A stretch of 64,000 nt of DNA from a virus (lineage: Duplodnaviria; Caudoviricetes). Both the position numbers and the translations under genes were made by a program. The DNA lies in IMG/VR virus record IMGVR_UViG_3300021255_000041, positions 561 to 64,560 of that record. The stretch is one strand, 5' to 3'. Positions 42,150 through 52,900 of this stretch are shown piece by piece (position 1 is the stretch's first letter; each line of letters starts with the position of its first letter). The notes beneath the pieces are model-generated. The model saw only the letters and a program-made list of their open reading frames with translations, had not been told where the DNA came from and searched no databases.

Positions 42150-45100
42150 GCGCTCACCTCCGATCCGATAAACGACGGGAACATATTCTTAGCACGGCTA
42201 TCCACCATGAGGAAAATATCAGTGAACAGGTAATAGAACAGAACACTGTCCATCTCCATGTAGTCCGGAGCTTCCGCTTTGAACTTCGCGAGACGGTATT
42301 CGGCAGTGTCGTTTGTATAGGTTGTCTCGCCATAAGTCACAGGACTTGCCAGAGCGTCGCCGGTTGCCGTGCTCTGATCGGTAGACATAACCCAGGTCGC
42401 GAATTCCTGAAGCTGCGTGTAGTCAAGATTGTCTTCCGGATACCTTGCTTCAAAGTCATTCGTCCATGCCGGGATCGTCTTGCCGTCTTTATCGACCATG
42501 GTGGCAGTGAAGTCGTTGTTCTTCCACAGTACGCGATCTGAGGTGTTGTTAAGCACTTCCCAGCTCTCATCACCCTCAACAAAGCCGAATACCTCTTCAG
42601 TACCCTTATCGTTGTTGAAGTTATACTTGCCCAGGAAGGTGACATTCTCGCCATCGCTCCAGAAGATAACCATCGGGAATCCGTCAATACCCTGTCTGAC
42701 AGCACTGTTCTTACGCTGTCCAGGAGTCTTGTACGGGCAGATATTGTTATACAGGATTGCAAGCTCGACGTTGTTCGCACCCTCCGAAGAAGCTACGTCA
42801 GCCTTCATGGTGAAGGTGTCAGTCACAATCGCGCCGACCCTGATCGCAAAGCCGTCAACGTGCGTGCCATTGAAAGTCATGGTCATGCCGTTCTTATATT
42901 TGATCTTGTAGTTCTTACGCTCGTAGTACTGAGAAGACGTACCCTGTACATCCGCCTGAGCACTGGTCGCGGTAAAGCTCCTCGATGGTGTTACCGGGTC
43001 GACATAAGTAATATTCACAACCTTCTTGTCGCCCTTATACTGTGGGAGCTCAACACACTCGATAATCATGTATGGCAGGTCATTCGGCAGCTTCGAAATA
43101 ACGATGTTACCGTATTCGTCGTACACGTCATTGTGCTGGTATCTCATCAGCATATCGTCGATCAGCGCCGTATCAGCAATCCAGTTGTCAAGTACCTGCT
43201 GAGAAGTCAGATCATTGTCATACACCCGGATGCTGTAAATATCAGTCGTGCAGTAATTTGAGCCGATGGTGATGTTGACCGGTTCAGCCTGTGAGAAGTC
43301 ATCATCATCCGGATACACGACAGTACCGCAAGGAATACTGTTGATGTAACACAGGATCAGACGGTTCTCGCTTCTCTTCTGCACGGTGAATGTGATGCTG
43401 ATATGCTCGTCCTCACCATACTGTGTACCGATGTTAGACTGCTCTGATGCAAGCCGCACCATCTGCGGAGTTACGATAAAGCCTCTCCCGCCCGAATAAC
43501 AGGAAATAATGGTGGCGTCGTAGTCCATGACATCACTCGTGGCAAAGTCAAGCGTAATGGTCTTGCCGGAAGTTCTGAAGTCTGTAGCGAACATTTTATA
43601 CGGGATCGTGAGTCTCGCATCGCCAGTGACACGCATGACCGTGATACCGTCTTCGTCAGGCTGCCAACCATCAGTCGTCCAGTTGAACCCTTCGAATGTC
43701 GATTTGATGTCGTTGTATTCCCATGTGGCCGGATTCGCTTCGTTGTTGGAGCGACCGGAACTTGAGAGATACAGAGCCAGAGCGTCAGTCACCGGCTTCA
43801 GCTCAATGTCGGATTCCTCAACTGTAATAGTGAACGTCTTGGTCTGGCCGCCAGAGCTGATCTCGATCGTCATGGTGCCGATATCGTCTGCTCTCGTCGC
43901 AAAGACCTGCTGCGTTCTGTCAACGGTCTGCTCTGAGACAACATTGTTGTTGACTTTAATCGTGACTTCGGCTGTCAGGTCTGCCGGGTTGTAGACGTTA
44001 TACGCCACAAAGATATTCGAGAACTGTTTCGTCTTTGTGGTATTGAACGAGCTGGTGATGATGGTCTCGTTCGCAGTCGGATCAATACAGATGATCTCGT
44101 GGTACAGAGTATTACTCCGGACTGTCTCGCCATTGATTGTGCAGGTGAAGTAGCACTCGATTCTATGCGCGCCATGACTCTGCTTCGGGAAGGTATATGT
44201 CATCTGACGACCTGTCACAGAGGTTACGTTCGTGCCAACCTCCGCACCATCCATCAGGTAATGGATCGTCTTCTCCAGAGCACCGGTCGGTGTATGAGGA
44301 TACATGATCAGACCGGAATACTGCTGTGACGCGTCAAATGTCGTTGAGATTTCCAGTACCATGGCTGCAATCGTGAACTTGACCGTCTTCGAGAGACCAT
44401 TTGTATCGTTGATTCTGACCTTGACTGTGTTCGACCCAGAGCTCAGATACGGGCCGACGTCCACAGAGACATTACCCTGTGCGATATTCATGACGGCCTT
44501 CTGAACCTCATTCACCAAAATCGTCATGGTACCAGGACCATTTGCGACACTCTCATTCTCTCCGACCTGTTCTCTGGAATACCAGTTAAAGGTCAGGACA
44601 CACTCGTCTCCGAGAGAGATGGTCTTTGACAGCCAGCCGGTTGTGTTGGTCGCATTGAAATCAGCTGTCGTAGCTGTTCCGCCGCCTCCTCCGCCACCGC
44701 CGGCAAGAGGAATACCGTTCTCGCTCCGGACACCTTTATAAACCGGATACACAAGACCGGTCTCAGCATCCTGCTCAAGAGCCAGATCGTCCGGATCGAT
44801 GCTGACATTTTGAAGTTGGTTTTTGAGTGAGTTTATCTCATTATCAGTTACAGCCAGATGGTTGTCCGCGTTCGTGGCTTTCTCCACCGCCTCGGCCACA
44901 GAAGCCTCGATGCTGTCTTTCACCTCGACAACAGAATTCTTTGCGTTGTTCGCCTGATTGGCAGACGTAACAGCTGTCTCTTTCGCTTCCTGCGCCGCAG
45001 TATTCGCGGTCGTTGCCGTCTCCGCTGCCGATGATGCAGCCTGGGCTGCGTTCTGAGCAGTGTTCCTGTAATCTCTGGCTGTATCCAGGACATTCACGTT

Positions 45101-45202
45101 TTCGTCATTGATCGCTGAGATAGCGTCATGGATCGAATCGCGGACGTCCTCGCCGTAAACGGCGTTCTTAATTAATCTTAAATAGGTTGCTATAGACGCC
45201 AT
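42146..45202 (-). CDS. Tail/baseplate upper protein with N-terminal half of a CotH-like kinase
   Basis: Coiled-coil N-terminus, GGGGGG linker, lectin-like region, RKNYKIK, GKYNFNNDK, VDSRAKN. Confidence 0.7.
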   Translation of the reverse strand: MASIATYLRLIKNAVYGEDVRDSIHDAISAINDENVNVLDTARDYRNTAQNAAQAASSAAETATTANTAAQEAKETAVTSANQANNAKNSVVEVKDSIEASVAEAVEKATNADNHLAVTDNEINSLKNQLQNVSIDPDDLALEQDAETGLVYPVYKGVRSENGIPLAGGGGGGGGTATTADFNATNTTGWLSKTISLGDECVLTFNWYSREQVGENESVANGPGTMTILVNEVQKAVMNIAQGNVSVDVGPYLSSGSNTVKVRINDTNGLSKTVKFTIAAMVLEISTTFDASQQYSGLIMYPHTPTGALEKTIHYLMDGAEVGTNVTSVTGRQMTYTFPKQSHGAHRIECYFTCTINGETVRSNTLYHEIICIDPTANETIITSSFNTTKTKQFSNIFVAYNVYNPADLTAEVTIKVNNNVVSEQTVDRTQQVFATRADDIGTMTIEISSGGQTKTFTITVEESDIELKPVTDALALYLSSSGRSNNEANPATWEYNDIKSTFEGFNWTTDGWQPDEDGITVMRVTGDARLTIPYKMFATDFRTSGKTITLDFATSDVMDYDATIISCYSGGRGFIVTPQMVRLASEQSNIGTQYGEDEHISITFTVQKRSENRLILCYINSIPCGTVVYPDDDDFSQAEPVNITIGSNYCTTDIYSIRVYDNDLTSQQVLDNWIADTALIDDMLMRYQHNDVYDEYGNIVISKLPNDLPYMIIECVELPQYKGDKKVVNITYVDPVTPSRSFTATSAQADVQGTSSQYYERKNYKIKYKNGMTMTFNGTHVDGFAIRVGAIVTDTFTMKADVASSEGANNVELAILYNNICPYKTPGQRKNSAVRQGIDGFPMVIFWSDGENVTFLGKYNFNNDKGTEEVFGFVEGDESWEVLNNTSDRVLWKNNDFTATMVDKDGKTIPAWTNDFEARYPEDNLDYTQLQEFATWVMSTDQSTATGDALASPVTYGETTYTNDTAEYRLAKFKAEAPDYMEMDSVLFYYLFTDIFLMVDSRAKNMFPSFIGSEVSA

Positions 45203-45219
45203 TTATTTGTTTCCTCCAT

Positions 45220-46329
45220 TTATGGTTCTTCAAGATAGTCGAATATTTCATCTTCCAGAAGTTGTTCGTTGTCAGCAGACCAGCTAATTGTCGAGGTTCC
45301 ACTGTACGAACCCGTCTGACAACGGAAAGCAAACCACTCAATACTTACCGCAAAATCGGTAATAGCACTCGATCCGGTATTAACGAATGTTGCGCCAACC
45401 TGGTTCTTGCTAGGGTGTGTGGCGAACTGTGTCAGCCTACAGAGATTTGCGTGATTCGTACATATCTCCCTGATCCCAGCAAGAGCATACCCACTTGGAA
45501 CGCTTACGGTAACTGTCACCGTCTTATTTTTCCCAGCACCGATAGTAGCTTTGGGCGATTTAGCGGTTCCCGTCAGCATGAACTGATTGGCTGTTAATAC
45601 CTCGTAACCATTGACCTTAACTTTTCTGTTGCCATAAGTCGTTATATCAACGCCGTCATTGCTGGCTATCACAGAGGCAACAGTAACGTTGTTAATAATA
45701 GCCTGAATACCCGCTCTGGGATTAGCTATGCTGGTCAATTGCGCGACTACTTCCGCTTTAGTTTTCTTATCTGAAGACGACTGACTTAATCCAGACGCAG
45801 TTTCGCCCGAAATGACAAGTACGTTGTTGTCGAGATCGATCAGTCCTCTTCCCCCGCTCAGTCTAACACGAGCAAAGTCTCCACCAGACGGGCCAAGATC
45901 TATTGCAGAACCGGCGAAATGTCCAAGTACCATTCCGTTTCCATCAACAACGTAATATCCGTCATCAGCGATCAAAACATGAATTCCGGTTATCTGATCG
46001 TTATCATTAACTTTCCCAACCTCAAGCCCGTCTTCAGTCATCTGCATATACATCTTGCCAGCTCTTGTGATGGCTGGAGCTGTGACATTCCCAATGACTG
46101 TGGCGACGTGGTTGCTGATCGTGACCATAACACGGTCTCCGTCAACTACCTGAGCGGTTGTAACCACCGGCGTAAGGTTGTCAGAGCCGTCTATTTTGAC
46201 GTAGATTTTCTCGCCCTGCATGACGATCGTGCCCTTCATCGTGACACTTGTCGGTCTTGACACAGCGCCGCCTTTCGCCGTCGAGGCAAAGTCTTTCAAC
46301 AGATTTGTATCAAGTTTCGTAGTTCTCAC
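45220..46329 (-). CDS. Minor tail protein
   Basis: 369 aa, beta-rich, in the baseplate cluster. Confidence 0.65.
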   Translation of the reverse strand: MRTTKLDTNLLKDFASTAKGGAVSRPTSVTMKGTIVMQGEKIYVKIDGSDNLTPVVTTAQVVDGDRVMVTISNHVATVIGNVTAPAITRAGKMYMQMTEDGLEVGKVNDNDQITGIHVLIADDGYYVVDGNGMVLGHFAGSAIDLGPSGGDFARVRLSGGRGLIDLDNNVLVISGETASGLSQSSSDKKTKAEVVAQLTSIANPRAGIQAIINNVTVASVIASNDGVDITTYGNRKVKVNGYEVLTANQFMLTGTAKSPKATIGAGKNKTVTVTVSVPSGYALAGIREICTNHANLCRLTQFATHPSKNQVGATFVNTGSSAITDFAVSIEWFAFRCQTGSYSGTSTISWSADNEQLLEDEIFDYLEEP

Positions 46330-46333
46330 CTCC

Positions 46334-47506
46334 TTATTCCGGTATCAGGTAGTCAAAGTACTCCGGTTCCTCTGTAGTGCTTGTGGAAGTCTGTACTGGC
46401 TTATAGCCTGTCGACTCCGTTTTCGGCGAAGAAGTGACTGTGCTGCTACCGTAAAAGCTTTGTGTGTACACCGCCGTTTCCTCGACAGGACATCCAGGTT
46501 CGCATTTGATCGTCTGACTGATCACTTTTGCGTTGATGTTTTCGAGGCCGGCTCTTTTATAGTTAAGTCTCACACAGTCGCCCACCCTGACCGGACAGTA
46601 ACCATGAGAGTACGAAATTTTATACTCGATAGACGATAAACTCCTCAGCAAATTCTCTGCGTATTCGTCAAGCTGAACCTGAGTCGGAATACCGACCAGA
46701 TCCGGGTTGTCCGACCTGTGAATGATCTCCCGTCCCCTGCTCACTGTCGAGACAGGGCTGCTCGGATCGTTATTCTCAACGCGAGAATATAAAACGGTAT
46801 TGCTATGAGAATAAGAGACCTCCACGACGTTAGGAATGCCATAGAGATCTCTGCTGAGGGTAATATCGGGAAATAGAATTGAACTGTTATCGTCTGTATA
46901 GACCCAGACAGGCTGCATGGATAGCAGATCCTGCTTGGGGACAAATAATATCCTCCCCATTTCGTCGATGTCATACTCATAGCCGGCATTCCCGATGAAG
47001 TCCGTCAGGAATGTCAACCATGTGTCATCCGAGTTCGCAACGAAATCGAACGGGATTGTCGCCCCATCGACGGCCTGAACCACCGGAGCACGGACATTGT
47101 TCTCAGTCAATGTCGAGGCAATATCCATGATGTTTCGACCGGCAATAATCGCGTAGCCGATCGGAGGCATCTTTTCTTTAAGTTCCAGCAGAGGTGTATA
47201 CGCATCCATGGAAATGTCTTTTACTCTGCCGTCAAACTTGAAACTCGGTGTCTGATAGAGGTGAGTGCCGAGAGGCTTCTTATCTTCCACGCCATTTTGA
47301 TTTGTCACAAGATATGCTCTGATGTAGCATTCTGGTAATTCTTCTGTCGTGGTGATTGAAGCGTGTCCCAGCGTCTCATTTTCTCTGTCACGCGTAATAT
47401 CGCAGGAGAGAATATTTGTCAGCCGTTTTTTGTCGCCCCATGTGCCCGGATCTACTTCGTAAAACTCGTATGTCTGCTGCATGGAGTTAAACCAGTTAGG
47501 CATCAA
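46334..47506 (-). CDS. Tail hub (Tal-like) protein
   Basis: 390 aa, YCPVRVGDCV near C-terminus; second gene after TMP. Confidence 0.65.
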   Translation of the reverse strand: MMPNWFNSMQQTYEFYEVDPGTWGDKKRLTNILSCDITRDRENETLGHASITTTEELPECYIRAYLVTNQNGVEDKKPLGTHLYQTPSFKFDGRVKDISMDAYTPLLELKEKMPPIGYAIIAGRNIMDIASTLTENNVRAPVVQAVDGATIPFDFVANSDDTWLTFLTDFIGNAGYEYDIDEMGRILFVPKQDLLSMQPVWVYTDDNSSILFPDITLSRDLYGIPNVVEVSYSHSNTVLYSRVENNDPSSPVSTVSRGREIIHRSDNPDLVGIPTQVQLDEYAENLLRSLSSIEYKISYSHGYCPVRVGDCVRLNYKRAGLENINAKVISQTIKCEPGCPVEETAVYTQSFYGSSTVTSSPKTESTGYKPVQTSTSTTEEPEYFDYLIPE

Positions 47507-49926
47507 ATCCCTCCTTCTACTCTCTTGATGTCAAAGCTCACCGGTATCGTCACAGCACAGTGCGTCAGACTGAACGAGACAATGACCTGTGCCCAGTAAC
47601 CGGTGCCTGATGGTTCTCTGACATAAACGTCTCCCATATACGCGGCAAGCCGTCTGAGAGCGTAAATAGTCTCTTTGTCGTCTGCCGGAATCTCCGTACT
47701 CCATGAAGACGTTACACCTTTTTGCGTTCCGTAATAAGAAACCGGATGCTCTCTGCCGATATAGTTGGCAAAAGAAACATCCGGAGAATAACTGTCTTGT
47801 ACATCTACATTGTAAGGGAGCCTGAGCATTGAGCCCGTCTGGACCGGTGTCGCCAGCTGGTCGATGTCCGCCGGGGAGTCTGCATCGGGAATAAGATCAA
47901 ACGAGCTGTACTCCTCTTCCCACTGGATGATGATCGAAGGCTCGTTTACCGGATAACCGGGTAAATCGTAGTAACTGACAGCGCCAGTCGTCTTTGACAT
48001 TGCGACGATCCTGTATCTTGCGAAATCCAGTGATGGATGCGGGTCAACAACCGTTGTCTCTTTATAGTTCTCGACAAATTCCTCAATCGCCGTGAACGAG
48101 CCGTCAGCTTCGCGCCTGTAGACAGAAAGAACAATCCCGTCCACAAGGTTGCCGTCATCCCCCACACAGTATGGCTGAATGTTGGCACTGAAGTTCGTCG
48201 GGTCAATGCCGATCTCAGCGTCTGGTTCGTACTCAACCTCTGCAAAGTCGACCATGACGTTGATAGAAGCTTCGGCCGTTAAACCGGAGTCCATGGCAGC
48301 TTTGAGCGTCAGCTTGTAGCTTACTTCGTCCTCAAGTCTGACGTCTCCTGCCGAGATCAGTGTGAGGAAGTCATTGCTGCTTGCGGCGTAGAAGCCTGAG
48401 AAGACCTCCGTGCCGGCTGCTATAATAACCTCCTTACCGTCAAAGTCTGTTGACTTGTATGTCTCATTCGCCGATATGGTCAACGAGTATGAGATCGCAT
48501 TTTGACTTGACGGAGTGACTGTTGCCTGTATATAAAACGGGAAAGACGTAATCGTGTCGATTGCAGTCCCGACCGTGTCATATGAATTGTAGATAGTATC
48601 CTGTGTGAAGTTAAACGGATCCCACCGCCAGTTCTGTATTGCCCGTACGCCGAAATTACTGAACGATGGCGGTATATACACAACGACTTTTCTCTGAGCT
48701 GACCATTCGCCGTAATCAGGCATAACGCCCTTTGTGCGAACACGCCAGAGAATCTCACCGCCCTGGTACATACTTGCCGTATTATACTCATACTGTCTTG
48801 TCTGAACCGCATCTTCATCGGTAGACGTAGATGATGAGTTGTTCATGACAAGCTGCGTCGTTTTATTTCCGTTCACCGTCAGCTCTACCTGAGCCTGTGT
48901 CTCAGCCGACCCATCCTGGGAATTGTGCACCCAGTAAAGGTGAAGTTTTTGACCGATGATGGCTGAGGTAGTCTCCGACCATGTGGTCGGTGCTGCAGGC
49001 GGCTTGCCAAGGAGAATTTCCTTGATCGCGGACCATGGCGAGTCTCCAGAGCTGTTCGTTGCCTTTGCTCTGAAGAACCATTTCCGGCCGGTTTCGAGAC
49101 CATTTATGATCGCGCTGCCGTAGCCATTATCCACAGTCGCTGACTGTACTTCACTTGACCGACCGAAGTAAGTTCTATCTGTAGCGTATTCGACCGTGAA
49201 GGATTCCGCGTTTCTGACCGTGGAAAGTCCGACCTCGACTGACTCAGCGGATCGTGCCTTAATCCACGGGATCCTGACCTCACCAGCCGCTGAAGAGACC
49301 TCATTCGAATACTCCGACCATGCGCTGGTAATTTTAGTATTGTCCACACTAATTGCCTGGCATCGTACTTTGTAGTTGTATCCAGGCGTCATCGTGAAAG
49401 TAGTCGAGACATGATTTTTCACAACGCTGACATATGCCTTGTGAACGATCCTCGTATCATCACGGACTACTTCGAAGCGGATCGCCAAAGTGTTCTTATC
49501 GTAGCAGTCAAGTTCGGCTGTGAGTTTATATCCATCGGCACTGACCGTCGGAACAGACGGGACAGCGGGTGTTGTGTTTTCTTTGAAATAGTAATAAACC
49601 CATTTCGACCATGAACCAGTGAAATAGCTTGTAGTGGCACCATTCTTCTGATAAGTGGTCGAAACGGGCTTCACTCTTACCGCAACACGCAGTGCATTAC
49701 TCGGGGCATTGTAGGTGACCTGAGTTCTTTTTGAGGAGGTTTCCGAGCCGATGAACCAACGGTTATTTCGAGTGAGATACTGAAACTCAACCGAATAACT
49801 CGCTATATGCGCTCCGGAACAGGTCCATGCCGCATAAAGTGTCCGATCTGTATCGGCCTGAAATCCTAGTATAAGATTTTTGATCGTCGGCCTTTTCTGA
49901 ACATCGTCAATTATTACCGGCATCAC
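47503..49926 (-). CDS. Distal tail protein with Fn3-like domains
   Basis: 807 aa, Y.VRC.A/W.FRAKA..S..WS Fn3 patterns; first gene after TMP. Confidence 0.65.
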   Translation of the reverse strand: MMPVIIDDVQKRPTIKNLILGFQADTDRTLYAAWTCSGAHIASYSVEFQYLTRNNRWFIGSETSSKRTQVTYNAPSNALRVAVRVKPVSTTYQKNGATTSYFTGSWSKWVYYYFKENTTPAVPSVPTVSADGYKLTAELDCYDKNTLAIRFEVVRDDTRIVHKAYVSVVKNHVSTTFTMTPGYNYKVRCQAISVDNTKITSAWSEYSNEVSSAAGEVRIPWIKARSAESVEVGLSTVRNAESFTVEYATDRTYFGRSSEVQSATVDNGYGSAIINGLETGRKWFFRAKATNSSGDSPWSAIKEILLGKPPAAPTTWSETTSAIIGQKLHLYWVHNSQDGSAETQAQVELTVNGNKTTQLVMNNSSSTSTDEDAVQTRQYEYNTASMYQGGEILWRVRTKGVMPDYGEWSAQRKVVVYIPPSFSNFGVRAIQNWRWDPFNFTQDTIYNSYDTVGTAIDTITSFPFYIQATVTPSSQNAISYSLTISANETYKSTDFDGKEVIIAAGTEVFSGFYAASSNDFLTLISAGDVRLEDEVSYKLTLKAAMDSGLTAEASINVMVDFAEVEYEPDAEIGIDPTNFSANIQPYCVGDDGNLVDGIVLSVYRREADGSFTAIEEFVENYKETTVVDPHPSLDFARYRIVAMSKTTGAVSYYDLPGYPVNEPSIIIQWEEEYSSFDLIPDADSPADIDQLATPVQTGSMLRLPYNVDVQDSYSPDVSFANYIGREHPVSYYGTQKGVTSSWSTEIPADDKETIYALRRLAAYMGDVYVREPSGTGYWAQVIVSFSLTHCAVTIPVSFDIKRVEGGI

Positions 49927-52900
49927 GCCCTCCTTTCTATTCGTGCTGCTCTGACTAACGTACGGATAGCCTCTGTGATGTTGCTACCGTCGTCGTAAGT
50001 AATACCGTTAATCGTGTTGTACGTGTTTCCGGAAGGCTGAAGCTGCCTGCCGAGAGCGTCGATCGCAGATATTACGTCATCATTCGTTGCATTTTGATTT
50101 CTGTTCGCCATCGCCGTATTGATCGCATTGATCCCGCCTGTAAGACCGATTGTACGTCTTGCAGTGAGCATACTGTCGATCGCTCCGACTCCCGAACGAA
50201 CGTTGCTGAGATCCAGGACAGGACTGACTGTCGGCTGAATGTCGAAACCGCTTGATACCAGATCAGCGATGTTACCCATGGATCTTGCCAGACCGCTTTT
50301 AGCGGACAGTGCAACATCCTTACCGGCGTTGTACGACAGCGGAATATAGTCTGCGAGAGCATTCACGAATCCCTCACCCGAGTAACTACCGATCTTGTAG
50401 AATACTTTTGAAGGTGAGTTGATGTCGAGAACTCTCTGTGCCGCGTTAACCGCTGCCTGAGCCACAGCTGCTCCCCAGATTTCTGCTTTGTAGGTGTTCG
50501 CGCTGATACCGGAAATGAAACCGGATACAACGTAAGAACCTGCATTGTAGAAATAGGAGTAGTATCCATAGATACTCGTGAGAGCTGCGGAAAGAGCTGT
50601 TGAGAAGGAGTATTTCAGCCTTAAATCGTAACTGTCGATGCCGGCTTTGAGTCTTTCGGACAATTTTGCGCCGGCTGCTTCGAAATCTTTACTTTTGTTT
50701 GTAACCTTTTTCAACGTCGAAGACATCAGTTTACCCATGGCGTCTTTCACAGCCTTGAGCTTTTTCTCATTGCTTAATCCATTCTTCAGATTACTGATGA
50801 GAACTTTGCCCGCATCTTCAAATTGTGTTTTCTCGCCAACGAGAGCGTTAGCTGCAGCAGTAACTAGGTCCTGCGCCGCAAGCTCCACATCTTCATCGGA
50901 CGTATCGATGGTATCAACAAAGTCATTAATGGCTGTTGCGATCTCGGTCAGTTTTGTCGAATCGATCGAGCTGAGCTTATCCCAATCAGCAGAAGTGAGC
51001 GAATTGAGAATATCATCGAATTTGCTCATATCTTCGGGATTTGTATTCTTGAGACGATTCGCCATCAAGACGAGCGATTTGGCACTTTCAGAAATGCTAG
51101 CCAAACGTTCTGTGTTGATTTCGACATCAGAAAATTCTTTAAGCTTACCACCAAACGAAACAATGGCTTCGCCAAACTTGGTCAGATCGCCCTTGGCTAA
51201 GAAGCCATCGTAATTCACATCGCCAACCGCTTTTTGCAATTCGGCAATCATGTTTGCAGCTGCTCCTGCCGTTTCGATCTTTGTAGCGTCCATATCCGAA
51301 CCGAGATTATCCGAATATGCTTTTAGTGCAGTTCCCAATGCAGGAAGCTGCTTAGCGAAGTTTGTAATCTTATCGTCGTTGCCAGACAACCATCCAAGAA
51401 TTCCGCCATCGGGAATCTCATTGCTTGCCAAATTGGCCAACATTGATGCCATTTTCCCTGAGAGTTCGACTTGATCGTCGGTGATTGTCATATCCGCCAT
51501 AGAATCGGCAAACGTCGACAACCCCTCGGCTAAAGACGGAAGCTGTTCTGCGAACACTGAGATTTTATCGCTATTACCCTTCAGCCAGCCAATCACGCCA
51601 CCCTCTGGTATTTCGTCGCCCGCCAAAGAAGCGAGCATCGATGCCATATTAATTGAAGCGTTGATTTTATCCTGATCAAATGTCGTGGTATTGATAAGAG
51701 CCGCGTAGGAGGACAAGCCCGTAGCCAATGGGACTAACTGTTTTCCAAACTCTGATAAATCCGACTCACCCTCTATAAATCCCAACACCCCACCCTTTTT
51801 CAAGGACTCTTCTCCAGCGAGCGAAGCAAGTAAAGATGCGAGATTAATAGAGGCATCAATTTTATCCTGGTCAAACGTTGTGGTATTTATAAGCATTGCA
51901 TAAGACGTTAGCCCCATAGCAAGCGGGACTAAATCTTTTCCGAATTCCGATAAATCACTTTCTCCCTTGATAAAGCCTAAAACGCCTCCGGTTTTCAGGT
52001 TATCGTCCCCGGCCAAGGAAGCAAGTAACGAAGCCAGATTAATGGATGCATCGATTTTATCAGGATCAAATGTGGTCGTATTTATCAATTCGGCATACGA
52101 GGCAAGCCCAGTGGCTAAAGTTGGAAGCTGTTCGCCGAATTTATCCAACCCGATGCTTTCCCCTTTGATAAAGCCCATTACGCCGCCGGTTTTAAGGTCT
52201 TCACTTCCGGCTAATGTGGCCAGTAAAGATGCTAAATTAGTCGAAGCGTCAATCTTTGTCGTGTCGTTCAAGCTTTCTCCGAGATTATCAGCATACGCGG
52301 TCAACGCACTACCGAGTTCCGGTAAAGTTTTCGCGAATGAGGAAACCGAGCTCTCTCCCGTTATCCATCCGGCGATACCTTCAAGCAAATCCGCAGCCGT
52401 TATTTTGAGTATTGCCGTCGCCAAATCTCCAACAGAAGAAAATACCTCCGGCCCCATCGCTGATATACCGTCGAAAAACGGTTGGGCATTGGTCATAAAA
52501 TCAGCAAGATGTGTTCCGATTTGCGGTAATGTCGAGGTAGCTCCTTCTGCTATCCCACCGATAATATTCCCAATGAAACTGCCAATGGCATGACCGATGA
52601 GATCGGCGAAATTACTTCCTTCGTCGACAAGCCACGTTATTCCTGGTATTTGTGCAAGCGCTCCAAGCGCCAGGAATATAGCCCCTAACTCTGCAATCAC
52701 GATACCCAAACCAAGGATTCCGACCATTGCTCCCGGAATAAACCCTGCTAAAAGGGACATCGCAACCATCAAACCAGCCAATGCACCAATACCCAAAACT
52801 ATTTCGGTCAATGCATTTGTGTCAATTTCTCCCAGCGCATCAGTAATCCCTTTGAAAATAGATCCAAACAGATTCATAACAGACTGAATGATCATTGGGA

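Noticed and set aside
42130-42180. Programmed -1 frameshift joining the two CotH halves
   Set aside because: No X XXY YYZ heptamer before the TGA; the A7 run lies after the stop; the second ORF has its own RBS
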